NCBI GenBank assembly: GCA_044892525.1
Contig: CM097885.1
Span: 45,262,001-45,326,000, forward strand
Direction: 5' to 3'
Length of the DNA: 64,000 bases
DNA from: Schmidtea polychroa
Taxonomy: Eukaryota
The position numbers were made by a program, and so were the translations under genes. Positions 23,057 to 38,280 of this stretch are shown here, piece after piece; positions within the stretch are counted from its first letter, which is position 1, and every line of letters starts with the position of its first letter. A model generated the notes under the pieces. The model did not search any database, was not told the origin of the DNA, and saw nothing but the letters and a program-made list of their open reading frames with translations.

Positions 23057-24259
23057 TCTCTCTATATATAAAAAAGCTAAGGGTTCCCTCCATCCGAATT
23101 TTACTTTTTTTTATTATTGTTTTTTTTGGTTTTTTTTTATTATTTTTCATTTTTTTTATTTATTTATTTTTATTTATTTTTTTTTGTTTTTTTTATTGTT
23201 TTTTTTAATATTTTTTTATTTTTTTACTTTTTTTTATATTTTTTTTTACTTTTCTTTTGGTTTTTTTTTATTTTTTTTTATTTTTTATTCTTCACTAATC
23301 CTGTTAGAACGTGGGGTTAATGTTAAAGTATTGTTGGGTATTGTTGGGTATTGTTGGACAAGAATAAAATTCAGTTTATTAATATGTTTACATAACTATG
23401 ATAAAACATAATAACATAAACCATTTCAAAGTAATATAGAACGATAAGTATAAAAGAATAAATAAATCATAAAAAAATTAAAAATACCACTGAAAAAAAA
23501 TCAATATTTATAGTTGAAGAAGTTGAATACCTTGATATGGGCGACATGGACTATGTGCATCTATTGTGGGGGAATCAACTTCAAAAATGGTGGATTTAAA
23601 TGCTGTACGTTTAGATTGAAAGTAAAACCATTAAATATCTAGCCTTACATGTTTAGTTTGAGTGGCCAAGATAATCAGTGTATGTATTGTGGGGCATTTT
23701 TCCCATAGAATATTTCCATTAAGACCCTCAACTCCAATTAGCATATATGAAAAAAATGCCTTAATTGCTTAAGCATAAGACTTTGACAAGCTTCTTCCAT
23801 CATTGCAGGGAATTCTTCATTAGTTTTTACCAGGTTAAGGGCAATCGCTGCCTCTTTTATTGTGGCATATTCAATACCATCAACGGTCCTAAGTCCAGTG
23901 AAAGATGTAATACCTCATTGGACTCTAAGTAAAAGTTTCAAATGAAATTTTTCAATATTTTTTGGGGATACAGCAGGCAATCGACTTATTGTTTTTACGG
24001 CCCGTTCTATTTTCTTGAACACCCTAGGTGATGTTTCAACTCACCCATAGTGTATAGGAAGTTTATCATATGCAAGTGTTCGACTAAATTCATCAATCAT
24101 GTTTAACTTTTAAAACTCTACTATCATAGATGTACTATTCTTACGTAACGCCTCCGCTTCGTTCCTTTCTTCAAACGTGATATAATTATCACTTTCCCCT
24201 ATTATTTCCAGCGTTCTAATGGGGTTGGTGAAGCGAAACGAACAAGGGCGGAGCCCTAG
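23057..24259. mobile_element. Non-autonomous Helitron with Rep/Hel remnants
   Basis: 5' A|TCTCTCTATATATAAAA; 3' GGGCGGAGCCCTAG|T. The minus strand at ~23820-23995 translates as RLPAVSPKNIEKFHLKLLL...GITSFTGLRTVDGIEYATIKEAAIALNL (Helitron RepHel motif). Confidence 0.7.
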
Positions 24260-24269
24260 TAATAATAAT

Positions 24270-24441
<172 letters not shown>

Positions 24442-24770
24442 TTAAAAGCTCCTAACACATCTTCTAAATTATTTTTTTAAATCCGGTTCACAAATTAACA
24501 TCATAATTCCAAGTATTTATTTAATGAAATATTGTATAATTTTCAAACAAATTTTCAGCTCTGAATAAAATATTTTCAAAACCATTTATTAAAATTTCAA
24601 TATTTAAAATATATATATTTAAAAATGATTTACTAATAAAATGGTTGTTTAATATTTCAATTCAAAAAATTCAATTTAAATTCAATTTAATTTCAATTTA
24701 AAAATTATTTTAAAAGTTATTTTAATAGTTAATTATTTATCATTTAAAATTATCTTAATAATAATTATAA

Positions 24771-24915
<145 letters not shown>

Positions 24916-26264
24916 GTAATAATAATAATAATAATTTTAAAGTTTTAAATTATATATTAGTTGATTTCAATGTTTATTTTTCATGTTTCGCCGTAATTAA
25001 ATATCCATGTATTTCAAAAATATTTTTCAAACTGTTTGTTGTAGTTAAATTTGTTTCACATCCACTAAAATATATTGCTGTAAGGATTCAGTAAAATAGC
25101 CAAATAAATTAAATTTTTTTATTATTTTCTTCATGTTGTCAGAAAGTTTTCATGTTTTAACTTTAAAAATTATTTTCATTAATAATAAAAAAAATAATAA
25201 TTGAAATATTTATTAGTAATTGCTAATTATGAGAAAAAATTAATTAAAATTGGAAAATCTTTATAGAGAGAGAATGAGCTAAGGTTTAGACATTTATTCT
25301 GAATGAAAATTTTAATACATCTTTAACATGGTGTTATATCGTAAAGAATGAGCATTTCCATAAAAATTAAATATTAAATAAACAATTTGTCACAATTGAA
25401 TAAAGAATTTTGATAATAAAATATCAAAATTCAAATAAAAAGTAATAAAGGCAAAGAGGATAAAGCAATAAACAAAAAATGGTAATTAATTTTTAAACGA
25501 AACGAAATTTATTTATAAAGTTTCGCTATAAAATATTTCATACAGGAAATTAGACGAAAATGAACTTCCTTCGGAACTGAAATAATCATGATAAGATGAT
25601 GGGCAGTTTGTGATTTTTATGAACTTTAAATTTGGAACTATAAATAATGGTGCGGTGTATTCTTTTGATGTTTGATGGAATTTAATGTTTCGTGGAATAA
25701 TAACATTTAATATATTTTTATATTTTTATAATAATAATTATTATTATTATGCTCTTGTTATAAGTGTTAGGATATTAAAAAATTGTCAATAGGAATTTTA
25801 TCTCGATCTGACTCATCGTGTTCAATCAAAATCAAAAATCAACTCCCAACAATATGACTTTTATGGAGATATAAATGGAAATATATGTAATGAATGATAG
25901 GAAACACAGTGGGTGGAATACGGAAATTATACGATGCATGCGATGAGATATTAAAGATGAAGATGGATATCATATGAATCATAAACATCAGAATCTCTTC
26001 CAATACATATCAGTTTTTCAAATAGATTCAAAATGACGGTGAATATGAAAGGTTTGTTTTAATTTAAAAAGTATTTGAAGATTTTTTTAAAAATAATTTA
26101 AATTTGAAATTTTTTATAGATAAGGAATGAATTATCTGATTTTATCTTCGGTGCATTAAATGTGCATTAATAGTTTACGTTAATTATCTTTTGAAATACC
26201 ATTTTTTTTATTTTTAGAAATAATTTTAAATTTTAACATTCTGAGTATGTTAATCTTTTTGATA

Positions 26265-26341
<77 letters not shown>

Positions 26342-28999
26342 TTGAATTTGATGTTAATATTGATGTAAAAGGAATATTTCCATATAATTATGTAATAAGC
26401 CATTTGTTAGAAAATAAAAAAATTCTTAAATGATCCAGAAAGTGAAATGTGGTTTTTACAAGGTTTATGGGATTTTGTGACCATCTATTACAGAAGAAAA
26501 TATTTGACGCTTAATTTTGTGGATAAATAATCCTAATATTTTTATGATAATATTTCAGTTTTTATTGTGATATCCTTTGGTTATGGAAATTTATTTGTTT
26601 TATTTATAAATTGTGTTATATGTACACATTATATAAACATACAAATAGTGGATAAAATATTCAATAGACTAAATTTGGAGAAACTGTACTGAAAATGACG
26701 ATATTTATTTCAATGAATATACTTGAATATTTACTAAGTTTTAATTGTTGAAGTTTTAATTTTTATATAAATAATTTATAAATTTTTTTTAAAAAAATAC
26801 TTGCGAGGGCCTATTCATTTTCTTTTTAAAAACGGAAGTGTAAAAAGAAAGTTAAGAATATAGATGACAGAATCAATGAATAATCTAAATAGCAATAATA
26901 ACAATTATTGTTAGGTGCATAAGAGTCACCAAAAAATAAAAATATATAATAATAAATCAAAATACACATAGGTGCCTGAAGTATTATAGAGATATAGCTT
27001 ACGTATAAATACTGACTGATATGTTACACTAAAATTCCTAGCTTAGAGAAGAGCTTCAAAAATTCACCTTACATATAAAATACCGAGTCCAGGGATGTGC
27101 ATTAGTAATTTATATATTCATTAATTTTGTTAGAGGTAATAATTTTTAAATAATTATATTAAATAAAGTTTATTAATCAGCGTTTATTAAGATTTATTTA
27201 TGATCATCAGGTTGAGATTTTGGTAACCTCAACAGATGAAAGATTAAAAGAAACAAATGCATTGATACATATTTGGAGAAGAGTAGCTAAAGAATATCAA
27301 AAGGGTCAGCAAGAAATCATGTGAAGTTTTGTTGGATTACCAGGTGGTATATTTAAAATTAGATATATTCATTTATGTCGATTTATTCCAAAAATTTCAA
27401 ATCAAGTCTTTAGTCCACTTTTTCGGAATTCTAGACATAAATTGGAATTTGTAATCATGATTTGAGATATACAAATCAAATTAATGCAAGGCAGAAATGT
27501 ACAAAACTCCTAATTAAAAATAATATAGTCATTTTTACTGAATTTAGAATATTAAAAGAAATTAATAGTTGTCCAAAGTGATATTCAATATAGAAAAGCA
27601 TTTTCAGTTACACCCAATAGTTTTATAAATTTAAAATTTAAAATCATACAAAAAAAAATTTTTATTTAACAATAATTATACGAACCGAAATTTAATGATA
27701 TTTTTAAAGAAAATCTTATTTTGTTTTATCCATCAATATTGCGTAAAAATTCCACATGATTATATTTGTCAGAACTAGAAACATGTTAAAGATGAATTTG
27801 ATTTATTAATTTCTCCTAAATCTTGCATCAAAAGAATTTCTGACAATCTCGAAGAAAAGTAAAATGAAAATTAATGTCACAAAAAATAATAAGCCTTATT
27901 GTATAGAAAATTATGATATTAATAAAAATAACTTTTTCAATTTAAAAATTTAATTGCAAATGTATAAGTTTTTTTTCTTTAAATCAACAGACAATTTTTT
28001 CTTTTCCATTGTTTCTAAAGCATTTTTTACAAATATGAAGAAGTAAGTTATATTTTTAAAATATATTTCAATGTTAAATTGTATTTCATATAATTGAAAA
28101 AATAAAATTTATTAATTTTAATTAATTTATTATTATTAAAGATAAATATAATAATTAATTATGCCTAGGGCTTCCAATACCGGTAACCTATCACCGGTAA
28201 TACCGGAAATGGCTTTGAAAACTCATTTCGGTATTACCGGTATTTAATTAAGTTCTATCTATATTACCGAAATTAAAAATTAAATCTTTAATATTTTGCA
28301 ACAGAAACATTTTTTCACAAAAATAAATGCAAAGTCAAATAAATTCATTCAATCAATTCACAATTGTATTGCGTACTTAAATTTACACGAAAGATGTACT
28401 AAATTGTGTAGATATTTAAAACTTTAGTAAACATTTAAAAAATATAAATAAATAAAAATTAAAAAAATATTTAATTAAATAAATACACTAACTATCGAAA
28501 ATTTCTAATTATTTTATAATAAATATTTAAATTTAACTAGAAAGTAAATTGCCGTTTATTTAGAATTTCAATCAAAGCATTCAACAAAAAATATAAATTT
28601 TGTGAGTTTAAATTTTTCTGTCAAAAAGAATATCAATAGAGTAAAAGATTCTCATTGGAAATATATTAAAATTAGGATATGTCAAAAAGAGAACTGTAGA
28701 AAGCGAATTAAAGCGCCTGGTGGAAGTGCTGGTAGGCTCCATAATCGTATAAATAAATTTGTTAAAAATAGATGTTGACAATTTTGTAGGAGAAAGATTT
28801 GTTTTAAAAAAATACGATGTTGCAGTTCTTGGGAAAATAACCACATATTTTAAGAATCCAGTAAATGAATCTTTGTAGACAGTTATTTCATGTTTGATAT
28901 TCAGATATACCCTATTTTTTAATAAACTGTATGCCGTATGTTATTCGTAGTTTGTTTCAATCTGTAGGATACACAAATAACCAAGAATGTTTAATTATC

Positions 29000-29320
29000 A
29001 ATGAACTTTGAACCAAAGTTGATATCTCTGTTGAAACTGTATTGCCATATAATTCTTTACGAATATCCACATTGCATATCATCATGCTGTTATAAATGTC
29101 TCATGATTGTTGAAAAATTGATTCAGGACAACGAAATATTTCATTTCTAATAGTTATAGTTTGTCCATCTGGAAGTTCGTAGTCTTTTTCTAAAGATGAT
29201 ATAGAATTTGCTGATTGCCTTCCCTGTTCAAAATCAAGAGCAATATAAGAAAGCTTTTCGTTAATATCTCGAACAATTTCTCTTTCGGCAGTAGTTGTAA
29301 AACAGTAGCTTTTGTCTGTC
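29000..29320 (-). pseudogene. Actin gene fragment
   Basis: [28 protein letters not shown]...[21 protein letters not shown], then NSMMICNVDIRKELYGNT after a deletion/frameshift. Confidence 0.9.
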
Positions 29321-29858
29321 ATAATTTCTTTCTTATAGCATAAGAGTTTGAAAAATTTCAAAATTAGAAAAAACGGAAAACATTCAAAAACCTTTATTTT
29401 TAAAAAATTGCAAATCGATTTAAAACTCGAAACCATACAATGTAAAATACATTGCTTTGTGTATTCGTGCGCACCTAAACAGGCAAAAAAAAATTTTATC
29501 GCTCATGGAAACATGAGACTTTAGAACCTTGGATTTTCTCTAGTTTCTATGGGAAAATGCTATCGGAAAAATGTAATAAAATGAAGAAACTAATTTATTG
29601 AGTGCAGACGTTTCATAATGAACTTCTATAGCAAGAACTAATTATACAAGTTAAATAAAAGTAAATGAGCTATTCTGATGTATATATCAATTTCTTCACA
29701 ATCATGAAAAAAATTATCAAGATGATGGAGATGACTATAATATTTTCAATACCAGATCAAAAATATTTATGACTAAATTTATGATAGAAATAGCAGAGTC
29801 GCTAAACATCTTTGAATGTGAAGAAACTAAAAATAAAGATACTAGGAATGATCCATTT

Positions 29859-30901
29859 TGTTGGGTTATTGAGTTGGTGATAATTTTAAATGTTACTATG
29901 ACTCCAAGCGTGTCTTTATACGATTCACAAATAACACTTGACAACAGAAATCTTTATTGATAATCACAAATAAACTTTCACTTGAGTATGACAATAAATT
30001 CAACACTCTGCTTGGTGACTATACAATGCTTATTGCAACACTCGGTGAGGAATACCATTTATGTATCACACCGGATTAAAAGATCACAAATTACTGATTG
30101 GTTTCTAAACTGGGTTTTGAGCTGGTTGTCTTCTTTGACTTTCTTTACAACTTTATTCAAATAATCAAATAACTTCTTTTCGTTTTATTATTCAACTAAT
30201 TCTTTTCTCCAACTATTCTCCAATAATTATTCCCCACAATTATCTCCTTTGCAATAATTTTGACAATTGTTTGTCCAACAACGTTTCCTCCAACATCTAA
30301 TTTTCTCCAATAATTTTATCTCTCAAATCGTCTCTTAAATCGTCTCTCAAATCGTCTCTCAAATCGTCTCTCAAATCGTCTTCCAAATTGTTTTCAATTT
30401 CGCGTCACTTTGTCTCTAATTTTCTTCTCTCTTTTGTTCTAATTTCATGTTCACCAGTTTTCCTTTATATAGTTCGCTTCTCTTGTGGCACTCCAGATAA
30501 TCAAGTGTTTTTTCCATTTTCCTTCTCCTGCTTTTCCCGACTGTCCCATTTTTATCTCTGCCAGCTGTCAAGTTGTTTTCCCTTTTCCCTTTTTTGTTTG
30601 ATCGCCTTCGCCCATCAATTCTATTATCACTGGCAAGCTGTCGAGATAAGGATATTGTTGTTTTCCTTTTTCCCCGATTTCAAAATTCCTTTTCCTTTCT
30701 GTACTAATTAATTAGTACTGACCTTGATTTTTATTTTCCTGTTTGATAACTTTTATTTCCTTTCTCTTTCTCATTTTTAATTTCTTTTCACTTCCGTTTT
30801 CTTTTCTGAGTTTCTATAGATCGTCCCGTTTCTCATGGCGATCTTCCCCCCAGGTAATTTTATTTATATTTTTATAAATTGTTATTTAGGTATCCTCAAC
30901 A
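29859..30901. mobile_element. Putative solo LTR
   Basis: Ends TGTTGGG...CCTCAACA, flanked by 4-bp ATTT on both sides; internal 12-bp repeats (TCGTCTCTCAAA). Confidence 0.5.
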
Positions 30902-32476
30902 ATTTGTTTATTTTGTGGTTTTGACATCAAATTCCAAAAGGTATAACGAAGGAACGACTTCACAAACTTACTAAAGTAGAAACGACCGATAAATTAGAAA
31001 AACAAAACAAATTCAGTTTCCAATACACAGGAAAAATAATTCGAAAAGAATTAAGACATTTAAATCAAGAAAAAATGAGTGGAAAATATTTAGAATTACA
31101 TTTATAAATACTCGATGAGAATTTGACCAAAAAGTGTTGAAGCGAAAAGAGGATTTTTTTCGGCAGGATTAAAGTGTAGCAAAATAGGATCCTTGTTGAA
31201 TGATGAAAGTCTAAATGCTTTATGTTTTTAAGAGCACATTTCATTCAGTGCAATAAAACTTAATTATATTTTATATTTAAATAACAATAGTGATTTTTTG
31301 TGATTGTGACTGATTAACTTACTCCATTTCCAAATTCAATGTGTTATAAACAAAAAATTGTGTCCAGTATCCGACATACAATCCAAATCAAGGGGCAAAA
31401 GCGAAATAAATATGATATTATTCACAAACTTCATGACGAAAAATGTCCACACAATTTTGGGTTAATTATGTAATGGTGGATTTTCAATGGCAGCACAAAT
31501 ATTTCACCTGAATATTATGCCAAAATTGCCTGCTTATAGGAAATTAAATTTGGAAATAGTGTATAATTAATGTTACAACTTACAACTTATTTCTATTCGT
31601 TATAAATGGTTACCATTATTTTATAGTATTTATTTATTATTTATTAAGATAATTTTTTATTTAAATGTTTCCATGCTGCCGTTATTATACCTCCTTCGCA
31701 CTGGTATACTTGACTTATAAGTTTTAAGCATTTTCTATATGTTAACTCGTTGATGTAGCTCTCATTCCGCTCTATTTCTGTTATTGTGTCGAAAATTTCC
31801 TCAAATATCTCCTCATCATCTTTTTCTATCATTGATTTCATGTCGTCATTTTCACTCTCGTCACTACTTTGAGGTGTTCCACTGTTTGGAGGTGTTTTTA
31901 GTTCGTTATTTTCCTCACTTGACTGAAATAATTCGCCTCCCAGGCTACTCGCCTCACTTTTCTCATCCTCCTGATCCATCTGATCACTCCGCATTTGTCT
32001 CAGCATGTTTATTTTAGCTTTGGTATGTGGTTCTTTCTTTTCGAACCACTCATTTTTCCTGAACCAATCAGTAATTAATTTTAATTGTATTTTCTTTAAA
32101 AATTGGATTAAAATAAGTCTTATAAAAGATTGACTAATTTAAATATTTTGTTTATATTTATATCAAACAATTTTCCAACAAAAATACTATATTTCTTTTT
32201 CTGTAATACCTGTACTGGGAAAAACGGCAATTTCGGAAACCCTAATTATGATATTGTTTATTTAATATTTTTATCCCATCATTTGGCTAATAATGTAATA
32301 AAATATTTTATTCATCCGAACTGTTTGACAAGATATAATTTTGCACGCATTCGGTTCTTATTTATTACGAAATTCCGGTTTTAGTTACATACTTAACAAG
32401 TTCAGCTTGTTCACAAGTTTTAACGAGTTTAAACATATTAAACTAAAGATTTGAGTTGGTTAACCAAAACAATTTA

Positions 32477-32688
32477 CCATATTAGCCCAAATATAACGCG
32501 ACCCCGAATTTAGAAAAAAAATACTCAAAAAAATTTAAATTAAGGGAAATTCAATCAGATAAGAGTTTGGTTAGGTAATTAAAAGTAATACATAGGTTAT
32601 ATTCATGACAATAAATTTAATTAATTTAAACCAAAAATAATAAAAATAAAATGTTAAAAATTGTCGCGTTATATTCGGGCTAATACGG
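32477..32688. mobile_element. Tc1/mariner-type MITE
   Basis: ~26-bp TIR CC(A/G)TATTAGCCC(A/G)AATATAACGCGAC with TA TSD. Confidence 0.85.
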
Positions 32689-32921
32689 TATATTCAGTAC
32701 TTAGCAGTTCTATGATGCAAATAGAGCCATTAAAAGAGAATATTAAGCATATAATGGAGATACACTAGAAACATTCAAAATGTCTTTGGAAAAGAGGTAT
32801 GTTGTGGAGATTCACCACTCAAAACTCGAAATTCAGGACTTATTACGACACTCTGTGAATAATAGTCCAAATTAATGATCGCTAAACTGGTTCTTCAATT
32901 GAATTTTCTTGATATATACAT

Positions 32922-34488
32922 TAGGGATTGTAAATTTACAGATTTTTTTCATTTACCGGTAAATCGGTAAATGAAAATAAAATTACCGGTTTACCGGGAA
33001 ATTACCGGGAAATTTTCTTTACTAAAACATAAAATAAAGTTGACAAAAAAAACAAGTTTAAATTTCCATTGACGATAATGGGCCCAAATCTTCCTTCTGT
33101 TTACTTTTCTCTTTGTTTATTCAACTCGGAATTTCTTTCTACTAGGTAATTTATTAATTAATTAATTTCATTTTCTTGGTTTTCCTCTTTTACACACCTT
33201 TAATTACAAATATAATTCAATTTTAATTTTAATTATTTTATAACCCCAACAATATTTTAGAAACAAATAAAAATAAAGTAAAAAAAAATAATAATGACAT
33301 AAAAATAGCTTTATTAACTAATTTTCTATTTATTAACATTTTTTAAAAAATAGCTCCTCAAAAAACTTAAATTATTTAAAGTCCTATCTCCTAATTTTGT
33401 TTTTATTTTTGTACAAAATAACTCAGAGCCCGAGAATACCCTTTCTGAATCAATACTTGTTGGACAAATTGTCATCAAATAATCATATACCATTTGAATA
33501 TATTTTACTCGTACTTTCTCTTGGCGGAAGTATTCCAATTCTTTTTTCATAATATATTGCCAATTTTTTTGTTTTTTTGTTGTGGAACTGATCCTTCCTG
33601 GAATTCTATTTTTTGTTTTTTCAGATAGTATAATTTCTGCTTCATAGGCATTTCTACATAAACTGTAGAAGTGTCAATATTTTTATTATTTGACTAAACT
33701 GGTATCCAAATCATGATGATTTAACTGAATCTGACTATCAACAACAATAATCGAAAGTATTTCCACAATACTTTTGATTATTGTTACTTTATTGGTGATA
33801 AGGAAAAAAAACCAAATTAGGGCCTGTCAAATATTGCAGAATATCTCAATAGATAGTCCTTCTTTCCTTCATGCTGCATATTAAGGTTTTTTTTAATTCA
33901 GTGCTTAAAAAATTATTTTGTTTAGACAATTTATCCAACATAAATTTTAACGTTACATCGGCTACATATAAATTAGTATTTTCTTTAGATAGGGTTTCCT
34001 CAGCTAGCTTGATGGATTGCAAACTTATGATTATATGTGATAGTAATTTTAATTCTCTGTCATTGAAATCAAACTCCAATTTTAAATCAATCAAACTTTT
34101 TCGGACAGCATCTTTAAGTAATAAAAATCTCCAACATATTTAATGAACTATTCCACCTGGTTTTACAATCTAAAATTAAACAAAGCTCTTTTCCAATGAT
34201 TTCTTTTGCATATTTTTGTAATAAATTATTTTTGGTTTCCTATAAATTCTTACTATCTGCCGTATTTTTGTCATTAAACAATTTATTTCAGCATTTTGAA
34301 GAACAAATTGAAAAGATTCAGTTGCTTTTTGATATATATAAAAATTATCATATTCACTATCGGAAATATCAGAATAAAATTTCAGAATAAAAATTTATAT
34401 CAAGGATTTTTAATTTACCGAATTCACCGGTAAATTTACCGAGTGTTTTTTTGCCAATTTATTTTATTTTACCGGTATACAATCCCTA
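32922..34488 (-). mobile_element. Non-autonomous hAT deletion derivative
   Basis: TIR TAGGGATTGTA, perfect 8-bp TSD ATATACAT, ACCGGTAA subterminal repeats; transposase remnants (CKTRWNSS; CPTSIDSERVFS) at 33326-34200. Confidence 0.9.
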
Positions 34489-34799
34489 ATATACATATAT
34501 GAATCGGCTGGTTACTTTAATTTATGTTTGCTTCATTTAATCAATGTAATAGTTTTTTTCTATAGTTTTCTCCAAATATTTCTCCTAATTTCTTCTGTCT
34601 CTTTCCTAGGTTTTCTTCTGTTTTCTCCAATTATGTATCACCTTTTTATAAATTGTTATTTTATGGCATTTAAAGATAATTCCAATGTTGTTTTCATTTT
34701 TTTTATACGATCTTAGTTATTTTCAGTCATTTCTGTTATATCAAGCTTTCCAAATTTTTTCCTTTTTTTTAATTTTCCTATTTCTCCGATGGTTTATTC

Positions 34800-35914
34800 C
34801 AGTTGCGAAAATTTCAAATTCTGGGCGCCCTGCAAGATTTTCAAAATGGGCTTCACAATAAAGCCAATGACAATCTTATAGACAATAATTAAATATTATA
34901 AATGAAAATGTTACTGAATATTGTTTTATTCAGTGTTATGAAATCATAAATCAACAACAAATTGATTTTACAAGGATTATAAAGAGTTTAGAAATATTTC
35001 ATTTTGTTGGGTTTTTATTTGAAAGCCGGTTCTCTCTCTGACTCCTTGTGTTCTTATGTTTTATTTGTACTTTTTGTACCTTTCTCTGATCCCTTAATAA
35101 AATAATTAATGAAAATAATGATAATAATAATAAAAGAAATCCCCAAATGGTCTGAATAATAATATCAATTATTATTTAATGATTGTTTATTGCATTTTAT
35201 ATCAGTAGTTGAGAAAATACCATGAACCTTTAAGTAAAAATCATAACCGATTTTTATGAAAATTTCAATTTATAGCAATCAAAGTATGTTGATTCGATCT
35301 GTATTAAAAATAACTGTTAAAAGTAAATTAAAGTAAGAATTTTAAATTTATTATCTAAAAGTTTTAATAATAGTCGGCTTTTGAGAAGTCAAATTTTTAT
35401 ACTGTTTATGAGAGGCCAATTATCTAGAGAATTGCACTTAATGATTTCCCCAGGAATCCTAAATCAATATTTTAGGGTTTTTAGATTGTTTGAATTTGTT
35501 TACCCTTGATTAGGGCTCAAAATTTTATCTTATTTCTCGAGTCTCACTGTGCATTGGCTTTCCTTCAGCACTCGGGTTTCCCATGGGCTCGGGCTTTCCA
35601 TTATCGATTAATTATTTTAATTAATTTGTTTTTTCGCATTAACTTTCTTTGTGAACACCTTATTAAATTTTCATTATAATTTCTGAACTTGTCTATCAAT
35701 TTGGCATTCAACCATACCAAGTATTGATTTTTGATTTTCAGTAAATTTTAATTAATTTTGTACTTTTATTTATTTAACCATTATTTGTTATGCTTTCTTT
35801 TTATATAAGAATTTTTTGGTTTTTGTGTTAACCCTAGAAATTTTTTCGGGCTTGAAAATGGGCCCCCTTTTCCCTGGGTGCCACCGCAGTTGCAGACCCA
35901 TAGTTACGCTACTG
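34800..35914. mobile_element. Non-autonomous hAT-like element
   Basis: TIRs CAGTTGCGAAA / reverse complement CAGTAGCGTAA; flanks GTTTATTC / GTTTATGC (7/8 TSD); GGGCGCCC and GGGCCCCC subterminal motifs. Confidence 0.65.
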
Positions 35915-37339
35915 GTTTATGCGTTACTTCGATCAAGATGTCAAGATTAAAACAACCCATTTTCATTTTGTTATTTGTTATCTCTTTTAAATTTTTGTAC
36001 TTGTAAATTATTAACGACCTAGTCGTATTTCATTGTTTCATATAATTTATTTTTAACATTTTTTCAATTTTTTTCCATTATTCCTACTTTTCAGAATTCT
36101 AGAACAACATATCCTTTATTCGGTATATTACTCTCCTACTTATTTTGTTTAATTGTTGATTTTATTATTTAGGTATTCTCGAAAATATCAAAAAATTATT
36201 CATTCAATTTTTAAAATAAAATTTCAAATAAAAATGTCAAAATAAAATTATTGATAATTAAAATCATTTATTAAATTATCAACAATTAAATAAATAATTA
36301 TTAAGATAAATTTATATTTTTATTTATTTTCCTTTTATTTTAAGCTTCTAATTTACAATTGTTAGAAATCGATATTTGGGAATCCGGGACATTGCTATAG
36401 ACATTTAGATATTTTATGAATGTTTGTCATTTTTATTATAGTAATTTTTTTTCCTTGCACCAGTTGTTACACAGAAATCATTATTTTTTTGTTTTGACAT
36501 TCTCTTAACTTGACATATTTGATGATTTTAATTAACATTTCATTCGGATTGTATACTTCATAAGCTAGGAAATGAAATTCGAGATTCAATAACAATCATG
36601 TCGCCGTTATTATTTTGTCATTTATTTCCAAATTATTTTGAAGAAAATTATTTTTTGGCTTCATTTTATTTCATTTTCTGATGTTCTGTTACAATATATT
36701 TTCTATGATGTTTTTGTTGAGTTATTAATGCGTTTCCGGACAAGACGGTATATGCCAACATTTAATAAATCAGGTATTATGACAAGACGAGAAATCCGAT
36801 AGCTAATGCTTTACCATCTATATAACAATTTTATGTGTGTCCATATAGAAACATTGTTATATTTCATATTATTTCATTGAGTGAAAATTTCAATTGTTTA
36901 GTTAATTTGAAAATATGTTTTATAAAGTATGTGGGAAATAACCAAAACTGCAAATACCGAAAATTTTCCATATGCATTTCATTACCAAACCAATTGTGCT
37001 AAAATGTTTTTTAATGAAAAAATATTTATTTTGTTTCACAATTAAAATTTTGTGTTTGTTTATATTTTAAATGAATTAAATTTTTCTGGTAAGAAACTAT
37101 AACTAGATATAATTCTGAAATAAATTTAACTAATAGATCAGATGTAAGTCAACTAAAATGGATAAAAAATCTTTTAATTGATATTTAATACTTAAAAATA
37201 ATTTGAGATTTAAATTATTTTGCACCAGCTTTAAAATCCTGAAAAAAAATATTTTTATTTTGGTAAAATGAAGAAAGAAATTTGTGAATTTTAATTATCA
37301 ATAATTGTTGTTATATTATTGTTAAAAGATCATTTACAC

Positions 37340-37755
37340 CAGAGATGAGCAACCCACAGGCCGCATGCAGCCCGACAGGCTCTTAACTGTGGCCCGCCTT
37401 TTTTTTGTTTATATTAATAAAATAATCATTATTTTTACACAGATAAAATTTAATTGTAATTTTTAATAATTGGTTCATAATAAATACTTTAAAGCTTGTT
37501 TTTCAAAGAATTTACTTTGTTTTTACCATTTAGTTATAAGTAAATATAAGCATATTTATATATATTTATAATAAGCAAAGGCATAAATAAGAATTTAAAA
37601 AACGAAAATCTATCAAATGACGTTAATTTTTTCTAAAATATCTTATATAAATGACTTAGATTCTAATATGTGGATATATAATTTTATATGTGGCCCGCGG
37701 AGTTATGAAGCCTTTCCTAAGTGACTCGCAAGATCATTTGGGTTGATCACTCCTG
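37340..37755. mobile_element. hAT (Charlie-like) MITE
   Basis: TIRs CAGAGATGAGCAACCC / reverse complement CAGGAGTGATCAACCC; TGTGGCCCGC repeats; flanks ATTTACAC / ATTTAGAC (7/8 TSD). Confidence 0.75.
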
Positions 37756-38219
37756 ATTTAGACCATATTAAAAATGTTTGATAAAATAGTAATATAGTAG
37801 ATGGATGGGGGCCATCTGGATCAGGGGCCCTCTGGAACACATACCCCCCCTCCCCCCCCTAGTGGAAATTTTTTAAAATTCTTTTCAAGGTCAAATTTTT
37901 TAATGTAAAGTTCAATTTTTTGTTAATTTGAAATTCGAGAGTTCCCGACAAGACATATTATTATTTGAAAATAAAGGTCTTTGAAACACAAGGATTATTA
38001 TTATATATACTCTGAGTTTATCCGACAAGATATTCTGTCACCCCTATGGGTATTGTTCACAAAGGTGCTGGTCACACTCAACAAGTCGCAAGGGTATTAT
38101 TAAACAAATCAATAAAACATACATTTATTTAAACAATAAAATAATTTAACAAGAGTTATGGAAATACAAAGTCATTTTATTATTATTATTACTATTTTTA
38201 TTAATATTACTATTATTAC

Positions 38220-38280
<61 letters not shown>

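Larger units (their letters stand above)
28166..32244 (-). mobile_element. Degenerate hAT element with nested/captured sequences
   Basis: TIRs TAGGGCTTCC / GGAAACCCTA; flanks ATTATGCC / ATTATGAT (6/8 TSD); BED-finger-like CEGG...WKHL near 31660-31700 and dimerisation-like PTSTS near 28720. Confidence 0.5.
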
